A stretch of DNA of 63,510 nucleotides, counting the filler, from Collodictyon triciliatum (lineage: Eukaryota), in assembly GCA_043381765.1 (NCBI GenBank). It is 7 parts of 7 records of this genome, joined end to end, with 100 filler letters (N's around TTAATTAATTAA, not from the genome) between each part and the next. Parts side by side here need not be neighbours in the genome. Positions count along the whole stretch, not along the records: positions 32,441 to 43,312 come from JBHJMP010002543.1; positions 43,413 to 54,284 come from JBHJMP010002544.1; 5 more parts are not named here. One strand, given 5' to 3'. The first letter of the stretch is position 1; each line of letters begins with the position of its first letter. Below are positions 37,711-51,200 of the stretch, piece after piece. The position numbers and the translations under genes are program-made. Below the pieces are notes generated by a model that ran no database searches, was not told where the DNA came from, and saw only the letters and a list, made by a program, of their open reading frames with translations.

Positions 37711-40700
37711 ATGGATTCACCTCAAGAGGGGTTTGAATTTACCAACTTTTTTTCATTGAACTCTGCTTTCTTTCAAGTTGGACTATTTAGAAAGGAATAT
37801 GAAATAAAGCACAAAGAAACGTTCCCCACTTCAATATTATCACATTGAACAGCCCCAAATAAGTCCTTCTTGGTTTTTGTTTAAAGGGTCAACTTTCTTG
37901 GCCGTTGTAGACGTCTTTGCGGCTTTATTTGGGGAACAAGCATATTGACGGTGACTTTTCATTTCACTCTGTAGAGACGGGAAAGGATCTTCGGCTGCCG
38001 ATTCAGGATCGGCCTCTCGAGTCAAACGTCTAAGAAAGCCAAACACACTCTACTCAGGAAACCAATACGATCTTCCTAAAGTATGCTGCTAATGTTATGT
38101 GTAGAATTAGACCATACTGAAATCTGCCTGGTTGGATTCTATTAATTGGGGATACTTTGGATAATAGAGTCCCACTACAATAGCAAAGGGACTCTCACCA
38201 TTCTCCACAATGCAACCACTTTCTCTCGACAAGACGGAAACGGTTAAGACTCCGGTTTCCGATTCAAAACGTGCCAAAGTTCCACACGGGGCTCTCGGAA
38301 CTTCGGAAGATGTCGATATAGGGACGACCTCCCAAGGTAGCGAACCATAGTATGATTATCTGGGGTTGAGTGACCTTGGTGACTCTTGTGTAAATCATGC
38401 AATCCTATTGACAAACTTTACAAACACTAGAACCTGACTTAAATTCTAGTGTCCCATCTTTTGTAACACCGAAAAAGGTCATAATCCAAACAACTTGAAT
38501 ATGTCGTTGAATAAGCTCTCAATCACCCGCCAAACACTTTATACTGATATGTCCAGTGATTTTAATGAGTTGTTTGGCGATGATTAGAAGGCAACACCCT
38601 CTCAAAAGAGCAAGAAAAACACTGGAGCAAGTGACAGCAAAAGAACTGATAGCCAGAGCTCGCACATTCTCTCATGGTTGCACGAGCGAAAACAAGAATT
38701 ACTTGGAATAATCACCAAACAAGAGCTAGAGCTGAAGGAAATCGAAGTTCAACTGGAAATAATGATGAAACACAATCCTACAATGAAAACCTCGGTGCCA
38801 GCTCCAATTCTTTCCTCCATTATGGGTACTGTGTATATAAATGGTGCCTACTCTCGCGGATTGTATACCCTGAATCCGAAAAAAAAAAACATGTTCAATT
38901 ATATAGATATTGCAACAGAATATTGAGACAGACTCTTGATGACTCTAATTAAATAGGAATGCAAGGATATCCCATGTCCAATCCTGCCTTCATCAACCCT
39001 GGACTCTTATCTGTGGGTGCACCAGGTTTCATGCCTGGTCAACCCTCAGGGCATCATCAACCCACCAATTCCATCGCGAGACCTATTAATCGCCACTCTG
39101 GCGCACCGCACGGAAACGAATCTGACTCAGACATAGTTTTCGACGATGACTTTGAAGAATCACCTCTTGTATGGTCATCTTAATCAGATAGACTTTCATA
39201 TTATTATTATTAATTGTTATTATTATTATTATTTGCTGCACAAGGAAGCCTTTAAAAGCACATCAGAATGTATATATACATGTGTACAAGTTTAAAGGCG
39301 ATATTTAAATGAATAAAAAATTACTTTCCCTCCTTAAAACAGGGCCCTAAAAGTGCCAGCAAGAAAATGAAAAAGACTCCTGGAAAATCTGGATACGACT
39401 CGTCTGTTCGCAAGTCCAAGAGAATGTCTGTCACAGAGGCCTCCAAGTACGCTAGAGGCGTCATGAAGAAGCTGATGACACATCGATTTGCGTTCCCCTT
39501 TCTGGAGCCTGTTGACCCAGTCAAATTGAACATTCCAGATTATTTTACTATAATTAAAAGTCCAATGGACTTTACAACCATACAAGTACGATCTTTTAAC
39601 AACATTTCATTTCATATTTTTCTCTTTGGCACGACGTTGTCCTTCATCCATTCTGCATCAGTATCCTAATCAACAATTCATCTATTTTCTGGTAGGAAAA
39701 AATCAACAGCAATCAATACAGCACTTTGGAAGATTTTGCCTCAGACGTCCGTCTTGTGTTTCGCAATTGCTCTACATATAACCACCCAGACTCTGATATT
39801 GTTAAGATGAGCAACACCTTGAGCGCTATATTCGAAAGCAAATGGCACCAGAGACCAGTGGATAGTCTCATGAATGAACCGGTTGGCCGAATATGAAAAA
39901 AATTATTATTGTTATTCAGAAATAAATGTGTTCTATATTTAGAATACTTCAAGTTCAATATATAATTTTCTCTTCATTTAACCCACAGGAACACATGGAT
40001 TTTGCCCCACAACAGTGAGTTTGTTCCACAAAATACTTTATCGTCCCGTTTATTCTCTCATTACACATAGCGCCTTTTTTTTTAAAAAAAAAATAATTAT
40101 ACATTCAATTATAGGGTGAAGGTATTCACAGAAGCTGATAAGCATATTCTTGCTGAGCAAATTAATGCGCTGTCTGAGGATGACCAAAGCCGTGTTATAG
40201 AAATCTTGAGAGATAATAGACCCATCCCGCAGGTTTCATTTCACAATTACTATTGTTGGCATCGAGTACCGACAATACTTCCTACGAATATTATAATTAT
40301 TATCCAAATCATGGCATAACCTCGCTGTGCTTTGAATCGAATAAAGGAAAAGAATAATAATGATTGTCCAATGAACAGGGGGAGGAAGAAATCGAGGTCG
40401 ATATCGATAGCTTGGATAACACCGTTCTGATGAAACTGGAGCAGTTCCTCAATGAGCTGAACGTTGAAAAGAAAGTACCAGAACTGTCTTCAAACGGTAT
40501 GTCGCGTCTATCAACAATAATATTCCCTTAAGGCTTTAAAATGCAGGCATTCATTTATTGAACGCTTTTTTTTTCTGGTTGATATACTAACCAATCCACC
40601 ACAGCAACTTTTGAACACAATCCATCTGTGCCAAATGCGATTGACAGCCACGATGCACAGCAACCTTCTGGCACTGAAACGATGGAGACTGATCGTGATG

Positions 40701-41315
40701 TGCCTCCTCATGGGAATATAGATGTCGGACAGGAAAATGGAGCGAAATCCTCGAAGAACGAGACAACTCCACGCCCCTCGCTCAGTGTTGTTGCCTTGCA
40801 CCAATTCAGCAGCGAGTCAGAGGATAGCTCAGGTAGAATTGGTTTAGAATCGCCCTCGTATTGAACTATGAACCATAAAATTCCCCTCAGCTGAGACCCC
40901 CTTTCCACATCTCATGGTATTTTATTATAATTTTATCGAACAGATGACGAAGCTGCTCCAAAGTCTACAGAGCCTGATAAATCCATTCAAGAAGTAAGCA
41001 GAAATATACGTCAGGAACTCGTTATATGATTCAATCAATGTAATTGACGGTAATATATACTTAGACAAACCAGCAGCCAAACAACCTTGAAAAAGAAGGT
41101 AAGAGGGGTTCATGTCCCCTACATAATTATACGGACAGATGGTCTACGTGTATATTTAATATGGCCTCACTATTTTCAATTACTTTATAGATAAAGTAGA
41201 AGACAATCTTGTTAACGAAGAACCTCCGCAGACGAAGACAGAAGAGGAAGAGCTCAAGTCTGAGGTAGAAATAGCTAATTTTGGTTTACATTCATACCTT
41301 GCATGATCATTTCCT

Positions 41316-41406
<91 letters not shown>

Positions 41407-42164
41407 CATTTTATATTTAACTACGATATGCCTCCTGCCTTACAGCCCATCAAAGTGCTAAATCCATCGGAATGGTCAAAGCTCGCAACTGAGGAGGAAG
41501 AGGCTGATAAAGACGCCTCTTTGAACTCAACAGACGACCGCACCAGCGCCTTGTGGAATCAGTTCCAGACGAAGAAACAAGAGCAAGAACTTCGGGTATT
41601 TACCAGATAATACGCGAAAATACTTTATATGCCCGGTTTCTAATAATTAGCGCACCCCGCATATCTTGCAACAGTTTATATGTTTTTTGTTTTTTAAAAA
41701 AAAGACAACTGAAATGCTTTGTTTTCTATATCCCTCGGTTCATTTCTCCTTTTTTTTTTGGGTGCACTTGAATTAGATGAAACAACTCGAAGAGCACGAG
41801 GAAAATTTGAGGAAGCAAAAAGAAAAAGCGGAGGAGATGCAAAGATTGGAAGCAATTCAGAAACAAAAGGAGCAGGAAGAGGAAGCTGTGCGAAAGCAGA
41901 AGGAACAGGAAGAGGCCGTGCGCGAGAGAGAGCGGGCTCGAGAACAGGCTAGAATTGCAGCACAACAGGAACGTGAGCGGGTATGTAACTTTATTCGTAT
42001 CGCAGCCGTCGAATATAATGCAGGCCATCATTAGTATCTCTTTCGAGAATTTTTTTTAATTGCTAATAGCAAACAATAACCATATCATCCCGTCTTCCTT
42101 ATCTTAGCTCGCCAGAAGCGTGGCTAACTCCGACGCAGCTCTCTTGGACGACATATCTTTTTGA
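37711..42164 (+). CDS. BET/GTE-family protein: single bromodomain + ET domain + BRD4-like C-terminal coiled coil
   Basis: [80 protein letters not shown]; tail [28 protein letters not shown]; phase-compatible first exons from ATG 37711. Confidence 0.88.
41316..41406. repeat. (CTAT)n intronic microsatellite
   Basis: Direct reading. Confidence 0.95.
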
Positions 42165-43203
42165 GCGAGAATGAATTTTTAGATTTGCAATCCCATTGTT
42201 ACCTAGCATTTCTTTTCTTAGTCTATGCCTCTATTCTTTTCTCTCTTCCCTCCTTCCTTTCTCTGTGTGTGTTTTTGACATCCTTTTCTATTTCCCTTCG
42301 TCTGTGTTTTGTTGTGTTTGTTTGTTTGTTTGTGTGTCCTTGGACACATCTCGAACGCATCATCGCCGCCTTAAGCAGTGCAGCTGCCAACACAGAGCCG
42401 AAGGGAAGACCTACCTACAAAGTCTGAGATGACCAAGTTAATCTTCAAAGGAAACAATTTGGTGGCCCTGGCCTGTTCTCTGCCCCTTTTAATTCCATGT
42501 AGACTGCTGGAAATCATGCTGTAGGAGTAAAAAAAAAAAAAAAAAGAGGATACGAAAAGGAACGAAACGAAACGAACATTTGAAACACGCATTTACATAT
42601 TCGCACCTACAACGACCCACCGCTGTTTTCCTACTCGTAAATAAAGCTGCGACCTCCAACGATTTGCAGGGTGCCACTTGGTTGTGGCTCTTTTCCACAT
42701 ACACACAGGGCATGAGTTCCTCTTGAAGGCATATCCCCACAATCACCGCCCCAACCGCCACTTTCTCATCCCACAGTAAGTACGCGCGATTCTGTCCTTT
42801 CGACTTCAATTGAGTCTTCTCTTGCGCACGCACGAACAGAGTTGTTCTTTCTCTTCCTTCTGGCTGCACTAGAGAACACCCTCTATGAAAGCATCCGGCA
42901 ATCTGCCTGCGTTTGCACGATGCAGCTTGTCTATTTTTTTTGAAAGGGATAGGGGCTTGGCCTAGGATTTATCCACGAAGAATGTGTATCAAAATAATTT
43001 CCAGCAATGGAATAATACCAAACTATATACGAAGCATCGTGTGACGTAATTCCCTACTCGAAGAACTCGCCTGTGCAGATATGGCATGTTTACTTCAATT
43101 CTCACAATGCACGCAACGTCATCTATTTGTGGAATAGTGATGCAAAGCCAAAACAGCGTCTTCAACCCCGGGTTCGATCCGTCAGTTTGCCAAAGCGAAG
43201 GTT

Positions 43204-43310
43204 CACAAAGCACAAAGCACAAAGCACAAAGCACAAAGCACAAAGCACAAAGCACAAAGCACAAAGCACAAAGCACAAAGCACAAAGCACAAAGCACAAA
43301 GCACAAAGCA
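43204..43310. repeat. (CACAAAG)n heptamer repeat at contig end
   Basis: Direct reading. Confidence 0.95.
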
Positions 43311-43412
43311 TANNNNNNNNNNNNNNNNNNNNNNNNNNNNNNNNNNNNNNNNNNNNTTAATTAATTAANNNNNNNNNNNNNNNNNNNNNNNNNNNNNNNN
43401 NNNNNNNNNNNN

Positions 43413-43512
<100 letters not shown>

Positions 43513-43532
43513 AAAAGTTAGCAAAAAGTAAA

Positions 43533-45221
43533 TTAATGATAATCTTGATAGGATAAATAAGGAACGAATTGAACCACTCGCTAGCGATTTTTTTTTCACA
43601 GAAAATCATCAAAGAGAAATGAAAACTAGAGTATCTTGCCTTGTCTGGGGTATCCAACGATGATAGATGCGTTGTTTTTGCGAGCGACAGCAGATCGGAT
43701 AATATTTCACGAAAGTTTCTACCAATCTGGCTGAATAATTGGACTGTACACATGGATTTTTCCGTCAATTTCGTATACCGATGTACAAGATTGGCAATAA
43801 GAACAATAAGAATAATAGTGATAGTGATAGTGATAGTGATAATGATAGTGATAGTGATAGTGATAGTGATAATAAAAGCAAAGAAAAAAATATCGCCAAG
43901 AAATTAAAGAGAAATAGAAAAAAGAAAGGACAAGATAATAATAGCGATATTAAATAAATGATAATCCGATAATATCATATTTTCCATGGAAAAATTAAAA
44001 GACAAATAAAAAAATGGGCCCTCGAAATACCTACTGGGAGACTTTGAAAAGATGATTCGAATGCAGTCGAGGCTCGTCATAATACGCTGATATCATAATT
44101 ATTTGAACAGAATTCGAATTTCGTTACATATGTATAATCGTATTGTATTGGTATGAAAGTATTTGGCAAATATCAATTTTCCTTACGCTATGCACACCAC
44201 AGCGAAGTTCTTTTTGAATAATTTCCATGAGTTGCATGAAGTCCACCAAGCTGCAGTTTATTAAAAGTACACCAAAAAGATAATCCAAATGTTCTGGATT
44301 TAAATCTTTTCCTATTATTTTTTCATTAAATAAAAATTTGACCTTAGAAAATTTTTCGAAAAAGACAAATTGTTAAGTAAGAACGGACACTTAATCATAT
44401 CCAATCGCCCAATCATACCACATATATTCAACCCAATTATCAAAGTTTTGTTGAATGCTCCCATCATGTTCGCCGATGGTTTCGGCTCGGCTTGCAAGAG
44501 AATCGAACGAATGGACACCATAGATTGAACAAAAAACATGGTGGCGTTCCCATCTTTAAAGTTTTTACATCAGGTGAAACATTTTCATTAGGTCTTTAAG
44601 GAATTGATTACTGAAATAGTCTACAATATGTAAAAATTGATAAATTTTATGACCAATAAAAAAATAATCCTTTATTCAATTTAAGGGAAGGAAGGGTTTT
44701 TAGTGTATGACCAATAATTTAAAACTAGCCTCTATTTGAATTCCAGTCGTGACAAATGCGCGTATGATTTAATAAAAGTTTGATACATTGTCCAATGCTC
44801 CCAAGAACAGGATGACTTTGCGTTTCTACACGCTCGACCACACCTTTATTTTAATTATTTTTGTTCAGTCGAAATTTGCAATATTGGGATTTTTTTCCGT
44901 ATTTTACAGTCGTTTTAAATTGTGTATTATATATATATATTGATCTTTATCATTACATTCGTTTCTTCGTCAATCAATTAATCAATCAATTAATCAATCA
45001 ATTAATCAATCGAAAGGAAGTGTTTATTTATGTACAAACCAAAACAGTGCAACAAATTTGTTTGTATTTTCTTGTTTGATATATCACTTTCGAGTAATTG
45101 AAGAAAAAAATAAACGGCAATAATACCTTTCTGCAAACAAATTGACAGTATATCACATATTTTAAAGCAGTTGTCCAAGACTTCTCTGACCTGAAGGCCT
45201 TCATTTTTCATGTCTATTGAA

Positions 45222-45296
<75 letters not shown>

Positions 45297-48200
45297 ACAA
45301 ATAAAAGTAAGCCTTGTTTTCATGTCGTTGTTATATTTTAAAAAGTAAACCAGACTGAAACACATCAAAATTAAAAATGATGAAATCTAATGAGAAAAAA
45401 TTCACATCTAGCGCAGCCCGACTCGAGTATGTTTAACGAAAGACATCTGTGCAGATCTTCTGCAACAACTTGTCCGACCAAGACTAAAAATTTGACCAAG
45501 TTGCGCTTGGAGTAGAGATTTCAGTTAGGCGAATGCATCCACTGATACAGAAATGAGATGAATTGTGCACCCATGGGGAAAGTCAGGATATCGCCTTTCT
45601 ATATGGATAGCTTACATGCACTATTGATATACTCGACTGAATTCCTTGGAGAATATTAGATAAAATGGACTTGATGATTGGTTTTTTCGCAGCACCCATG
45701 ACTTCATTTGCTCCATTGGCTTCACTACCCAAGACCAGAGGAATGATACTGATAATAGATTTTACGTCAATATTTATTTACAGAGAGAAGAGAGACAGGC
45801 ACGTAGTATGTATATTTTCTTTTTCTGAAAATGAACAATACGTTTCCATTAATCCTGAAGTAGATAGTTCTCGATCTGCAGACTCAAGGGACAAAGGAAT
45901 TCTGTTTCCAATTTAATTCAGTATCTACTTTTTTTGTCTTATTTACGAGCTGAGGTGCATCTTCATATTCAACAATGTATTATATTTCCGTACATACTCA
46001 AGTAAAAAAGAAAAAGAGGCACCTAACCATGGAGCCAATTAAGGATGCTGTCTTCTCAAGAATCGGATGAAATTCCTCAACTTTGAGATAATCAGATGAA
46101 AAGAACATCAGGGTTCTGGTGTAATGGTCGAGCAGATGGTGATAGGGCAGCTGCAAATGCACAAAATTTAGTTCTCATATGCAAGAATGTGACCGAAGAG
46201 AGCAGGTTTTTGAGCTGCTTACATTTCTTTCGATGGAGTATAAGCTGATTTTCCAGACAAGATATCGGCAGTAAAATATCAACTTCAGTCTATGAGCTAT
46301 GAATATTGGACAATGGAGGGAAGAATGAAGATATTTAAATCGCTCAATAATAATAATAATAATATAACGAAAAATCCAGCTATGCTTAGAATGAAAACTA
46401 CATGTAAACTCCTCGGCATAAAGAAATATGAGACGGTCGATGACAAGGCACAAGGAAGTGAGACGTCTAAAAAAAAAAAAATTGAAAAAATATGATGGCC
46501 AAAAAAATATAAAAATATGTGCATTGAATGACCATAAAACTTCAGAAATCACGCGAAAAAAAAAATCCGCCTATTCATAAATAAATTAATCTGAAACACT
46601 ATTTCCCTAATGTTTGAATATAAAGTTACTTTCGAAGAGCGTTTGCAATAAATGATATCGGAAGCGAAATAATAAACTGTATCATCCGATCAATTTTATC
46701 AACATTTCGAGCTTCACCTGTAATATAAAGCTCAATAAAAGAAACCATTTAAAAACAAGTGGTAGTCCACTGTCTCTACCAAAGATAAGGCTTAGTATGA
46801 GGATATGAGATTCTTTTGACGTCAGCAGAGGTCTAGTCAGCACATACTTGTATCCTTGTAAGATATCTCTCTGTATATTAGCTGATTTTGTTCAAGTAGA
46901 ATGGATATAAGCTGGTCCATCCCATCTGATTCATCTTCACTACCACTGTAAAAAAAAATTACTTAGCATATGGATAAATGAGTCTTATCATAGTGATTCT
47001 ATTACAGATAGAATTGAAACTGAATGCATGGTGAAATAATGAAACCAACCTTGATAAGTATTGTGTTATCATGTTCTGTGTCATATTCGGTATTCTAAGA
47101 TCAGTTATGAATGACCACATATCGGTCATGAGGCGCTTGGATATAGACATCATAAGCGCCTCTAAGTATTTGCGCAAGACAAACAAAAGGAAAATTTTAG
47201 AAAAAAAATATCTGAAAGACGAAAGACGAAGAAAAAAGCAAGAACAAAATCAAAATCATAGTCAAAAAACAAAAAAAAACCAGAAATAAAACCAAATACA
47301 TATTATCGTATGCGTTTGTTAGTAACGGTAATCAGTTGAAAATGAAACTGCAAGCCAAATAAGTAATTTCTGATAAATAAGATAGGAATTGCCTCGAAAA
47401 GCCTTAAGTTCGTATATCCAAGGTTGTTTGAATAAATCTCTTGTAATTTCGAAAAGCGTGAAATCTTATGGATTAGAATGATTTAATACCTTTCTTTACG
47501 AACATCAAAAGGGCGAAGGATGATATCATAAATGAGAGGCTGGAGAGGAGAAAGGGAGATTAATATCATCGTCTGTATTCCGAAAAGTGAACCTGTTAAA
47601 TGGATGTTTCCCTCTATCAAAGATGAAACGACAAGCTCAGCAATCAATACATTTCCTGGTGTCCCAATATGTGCGCTAAAATTATCATTGATTAAGTCTT
47701 TTCGAAAATATGCATGAGATTGGAATAATATGATAATAAAGAAATAGAAATAAAAAAGAAAAAGAAAAGAAAAAGAAAAGAAAAAAACCATAGCATATTG
47801 AGTTGTGGAGCCACAGCCAGCCAAATAGGTATGATGTAGCTGGATGACTTAATTTCACTTATAGACCCATTCCAAGAGCACCCTTTTGTATTGACGCCTT
47901 CTCTCCATGCTGTTTCCTGAATCATATGACATAAGGAAATAAATAAATTAATTAAAAATAAAAGTTACGCCTTAGTATTAAAGAAAAAAATTACACACAC
48001 CTGCCACAGAAATAATAAATATATAAACAATTAATTAAACACCGACCATCCAGGATAAAAATATCGAGACGAGCCTTTCTTTCTCGTGAGTCATGCCACT
48101 CGACGAATTTGACAGAGAAAAGAAATGATAATGCTGGATCCGGTCGATTATAAGGAGAATCTGTCCCATTTGATAAAAAAAAAATTATTTTGTTTTTTTC

Positions 48201-51200
48201 GTTGAAAATAAAAAGAAATATCAGTAGCAATTTATTTTATTTTATTTTGTTATTATATTATTACCGTAGAGTACTTCAATTGTGGTGACATAATTTTCTT
48301 GTAATCTGCTTCTTGGCATAATTCCGACAAATGAATCGAGTAGGAAATGAATGGAAGGTATTCGCTGGTTGTCTTTTCCATCATATCAGTAAAGTATTTC
48401 TCATTTTTGCAACGTTGATATGACCGAATCAATACTGCAAGACATGTGCGATATAAATGGAGTATTCCATTGATGTAATTGATGTAGAGCCGATGTTCCC
48501 TGTGTTGAGCGATGTTGGCCGTTAATTTTCAAATATTTTTCACAAAATACTCAGTTAAATGTGTAATGTGAATCTAATAGGAAAATATAGAGAAGAAAAG
48601 ATATTACCCCTGGTCCATCGTTTCGACAGCAGTCGATGATAATGACCGAACTATCCTCACAGCGTTTTCGATATTGGGACAAACGAATGTTTCCAAGAAA
48701 TCCTTAGTGATGCTTATGAACTCCATAGCATTAATCTCGTTTATATTCATCGAGTTCATGATTATTCCAAAGTAGTAAGAGAACACACAAAATTTGGCAC
48801 CTGAGTTCCAAAATAATAAAATTATAATCAGCAACGAGTTCTTTGAATCGAATAAAGGAAAAAAAAATAATCAGCAACGAGTTCTAGTTTTGTTGGGAAT
48901 ATTTGATGAAAATAAGATTCCTTTAAAAAAAAATAGCAGGTTTGACCCATATTAACCCATGTTTGGTTTGAGAAAGTGATATACTCAATATATATATATA
49001 TATAGTGGCTATGATTCGTAATCAACCTATCGTATTTCCCTTTGAGTAGACAAAGTTATCAGCAGTGTAATTGATCGAAGCTTCCATGATAAGCTCCTTC
49101 CATAATAATGAATAAGAGCCTATGGGCAATATCTTAATCGTGGGTGGTATCCTGGAGATATTGTTGACTTTGTTAGAATAAAGAACTAAAAGTAGTGAAA
49201 ATATGTATATAATGTTGCTGGTTATCACCTGTTTAATATCCCGGCGTCCAAGTACATCATGTCTAAGCCAATTGTCTTTTGCAAATTAATTGTGAGTAGA
49301 AAAGATTTTAAAAATCTCTCAAGCTGGCGAACCCCCGAGTATGTAGAGACACATTCCGCAGCAAAGTCAGATACAGCCATCTATTGCGTATTTAATAGAT
49401 GAGGAAGAAGTGGGAAAAAAAACCTGCGTATTTTTAGGTGGCTTAATTACAATTTATTTTTGACATTCTCAAGCTTAAAGAAGTATATACGTATAGTTTT
49501 GGGCTAATCCTATCTCTTGAAAAAGACATCAGCGATGGAATCAACTTATTCATATTATTCTCTACTACTGTGTGATTTATCTTCAATAGTTCTGTGAGAC
49601 ATAGAACACAGCCACTGGACCTGTATTTGTCTGCAATAAATAATTGATTTAGAAATATGATAGAATTAAATAATATCTACGTAATTTTGGCCCAATCTAT
49701 ATTGGATTCAATAAAATAAAGATGAAGATTAAAAAAATTACGAAAAGCTGCCCTTCTTGAAATTAAATTGGATATTTTTTCGAGCTTTCCGAACTGTGTC
49801 TTCTGCTCATCCTCGCTTGCTTTGTATATTTCCATATTTGAAACCATCACAAAAAGATTTCTCAAAGCCGCGATCGAATCATCAAATGATTCTGGTTCGG
49901 CAGAAAAAAAAAAGAGAGAGATCAATAAATGTGTTTGTTTTGATGTGCGCATGTAAATTTGGTATATTTTCGGTCAATTCAATTTTTCGTTCCTGCGTAT
50001 TCAAAAATAAATTAATTGCATGGAGCGCGAATATTAAAGTATGAGAAAATATAGTACCGAATACACTATCCTTCTTAATGGCATTTTCTACAATCAAATA
50101 CAGCTCGTAAAAGAATGTAAACTCCATAATCGGCTCGATTGTCCCGGGCTTTCCAGATAATTTTTCATTTTCTTTTAAAGAATGAAATTGAATTTTTTGC
50201 AGTTCTGTTAGTCGGTTCATAGTGGCCATTTGTTGCTCCTTCTCCATGGATGAGAAATATTGGCGGTACGAAACGACGAAATCCTCCAACAAGATGGGTA
50301 AAGCTCGTATAGCTATGAAAGGGTTCATTGATCGGTAACATATCAAGAACAATGTTGAACTAGAAACGGGGTGATAAAAATTCGAGCTGTTGTATTTTCA
50401 CAGGTAATATCTTACTTTGTGTCCTGGTGCTTTCGTTCTCAATAGAAATAGCAAGTTCGGCAAAGAGAGACCCTGCAAAGTCCCGATCTTCCATCCATTT
50501 TTGTATCGCAGAGGTAACATTATTTGCCGTGCTGTCAACAGTTTAAGAAAGTATTCAGAAAAATGAATTTTTTGGTTGGTAATGTATCTGAGTTATGGTT
50601 TCCTTTTATATGTAATTCGTGGATTACCCTTCCGCCACAGTTATCCATTGGTTGCGTGTCTTTGGTAAGATGAACATGTATGTTATAATCGCATAGTTTA
50701 GTTAACGTTCAATCAGTAAAAGATATGGTATACATTTGCAATTGTCTATCAAAAGAGAAATTACATACATGCAGGAATGCATGGGCATATTCTTTGATGA
50801 CTTCTTGAGAAAATATCAATGTTCGGATCAAGTCTCTTATCAAATCAATCACAACTTGAGTAGTTTCTGGTTGAGCGATAACAGCAACGCATTGTTTGAA
50901 CAGGCCGCATACAAAGAACACATATTTCTGATACATGAGTGAATTATGCAGGATAATGAGTGGATTTGGTGTAATTGATGCTGCCACATTTTATTGCTAA
51001 TTGCATATTTCCAAGTGATAAAGTGGTTGATGCTATATGTGTAACTGTGTTTCTTTTTGTTTTCAAAATTTTAGCTTCATATTGACGAGGATGAAAAAAA
51101 AAATAAAGAGTTCGAAGGAGATAGGGGAAAAAATAGAATTACCCTTCGTCTATTTATAATGGTAGCAGTAACTCTCTTGAACATCACCAAGGACTCGATT

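Noticed and set aside
42585-43200. Possible terminal exons of a minus-strand gene
   Set aside because: Reading frame ambiguous and no motif; cannot support a call.
43204-43312. (CACAAAG)n as a telomeric repeat
   Set aside because: Lacks a G-run telomere-like composition and resembles the other simple repeats at contig ends.
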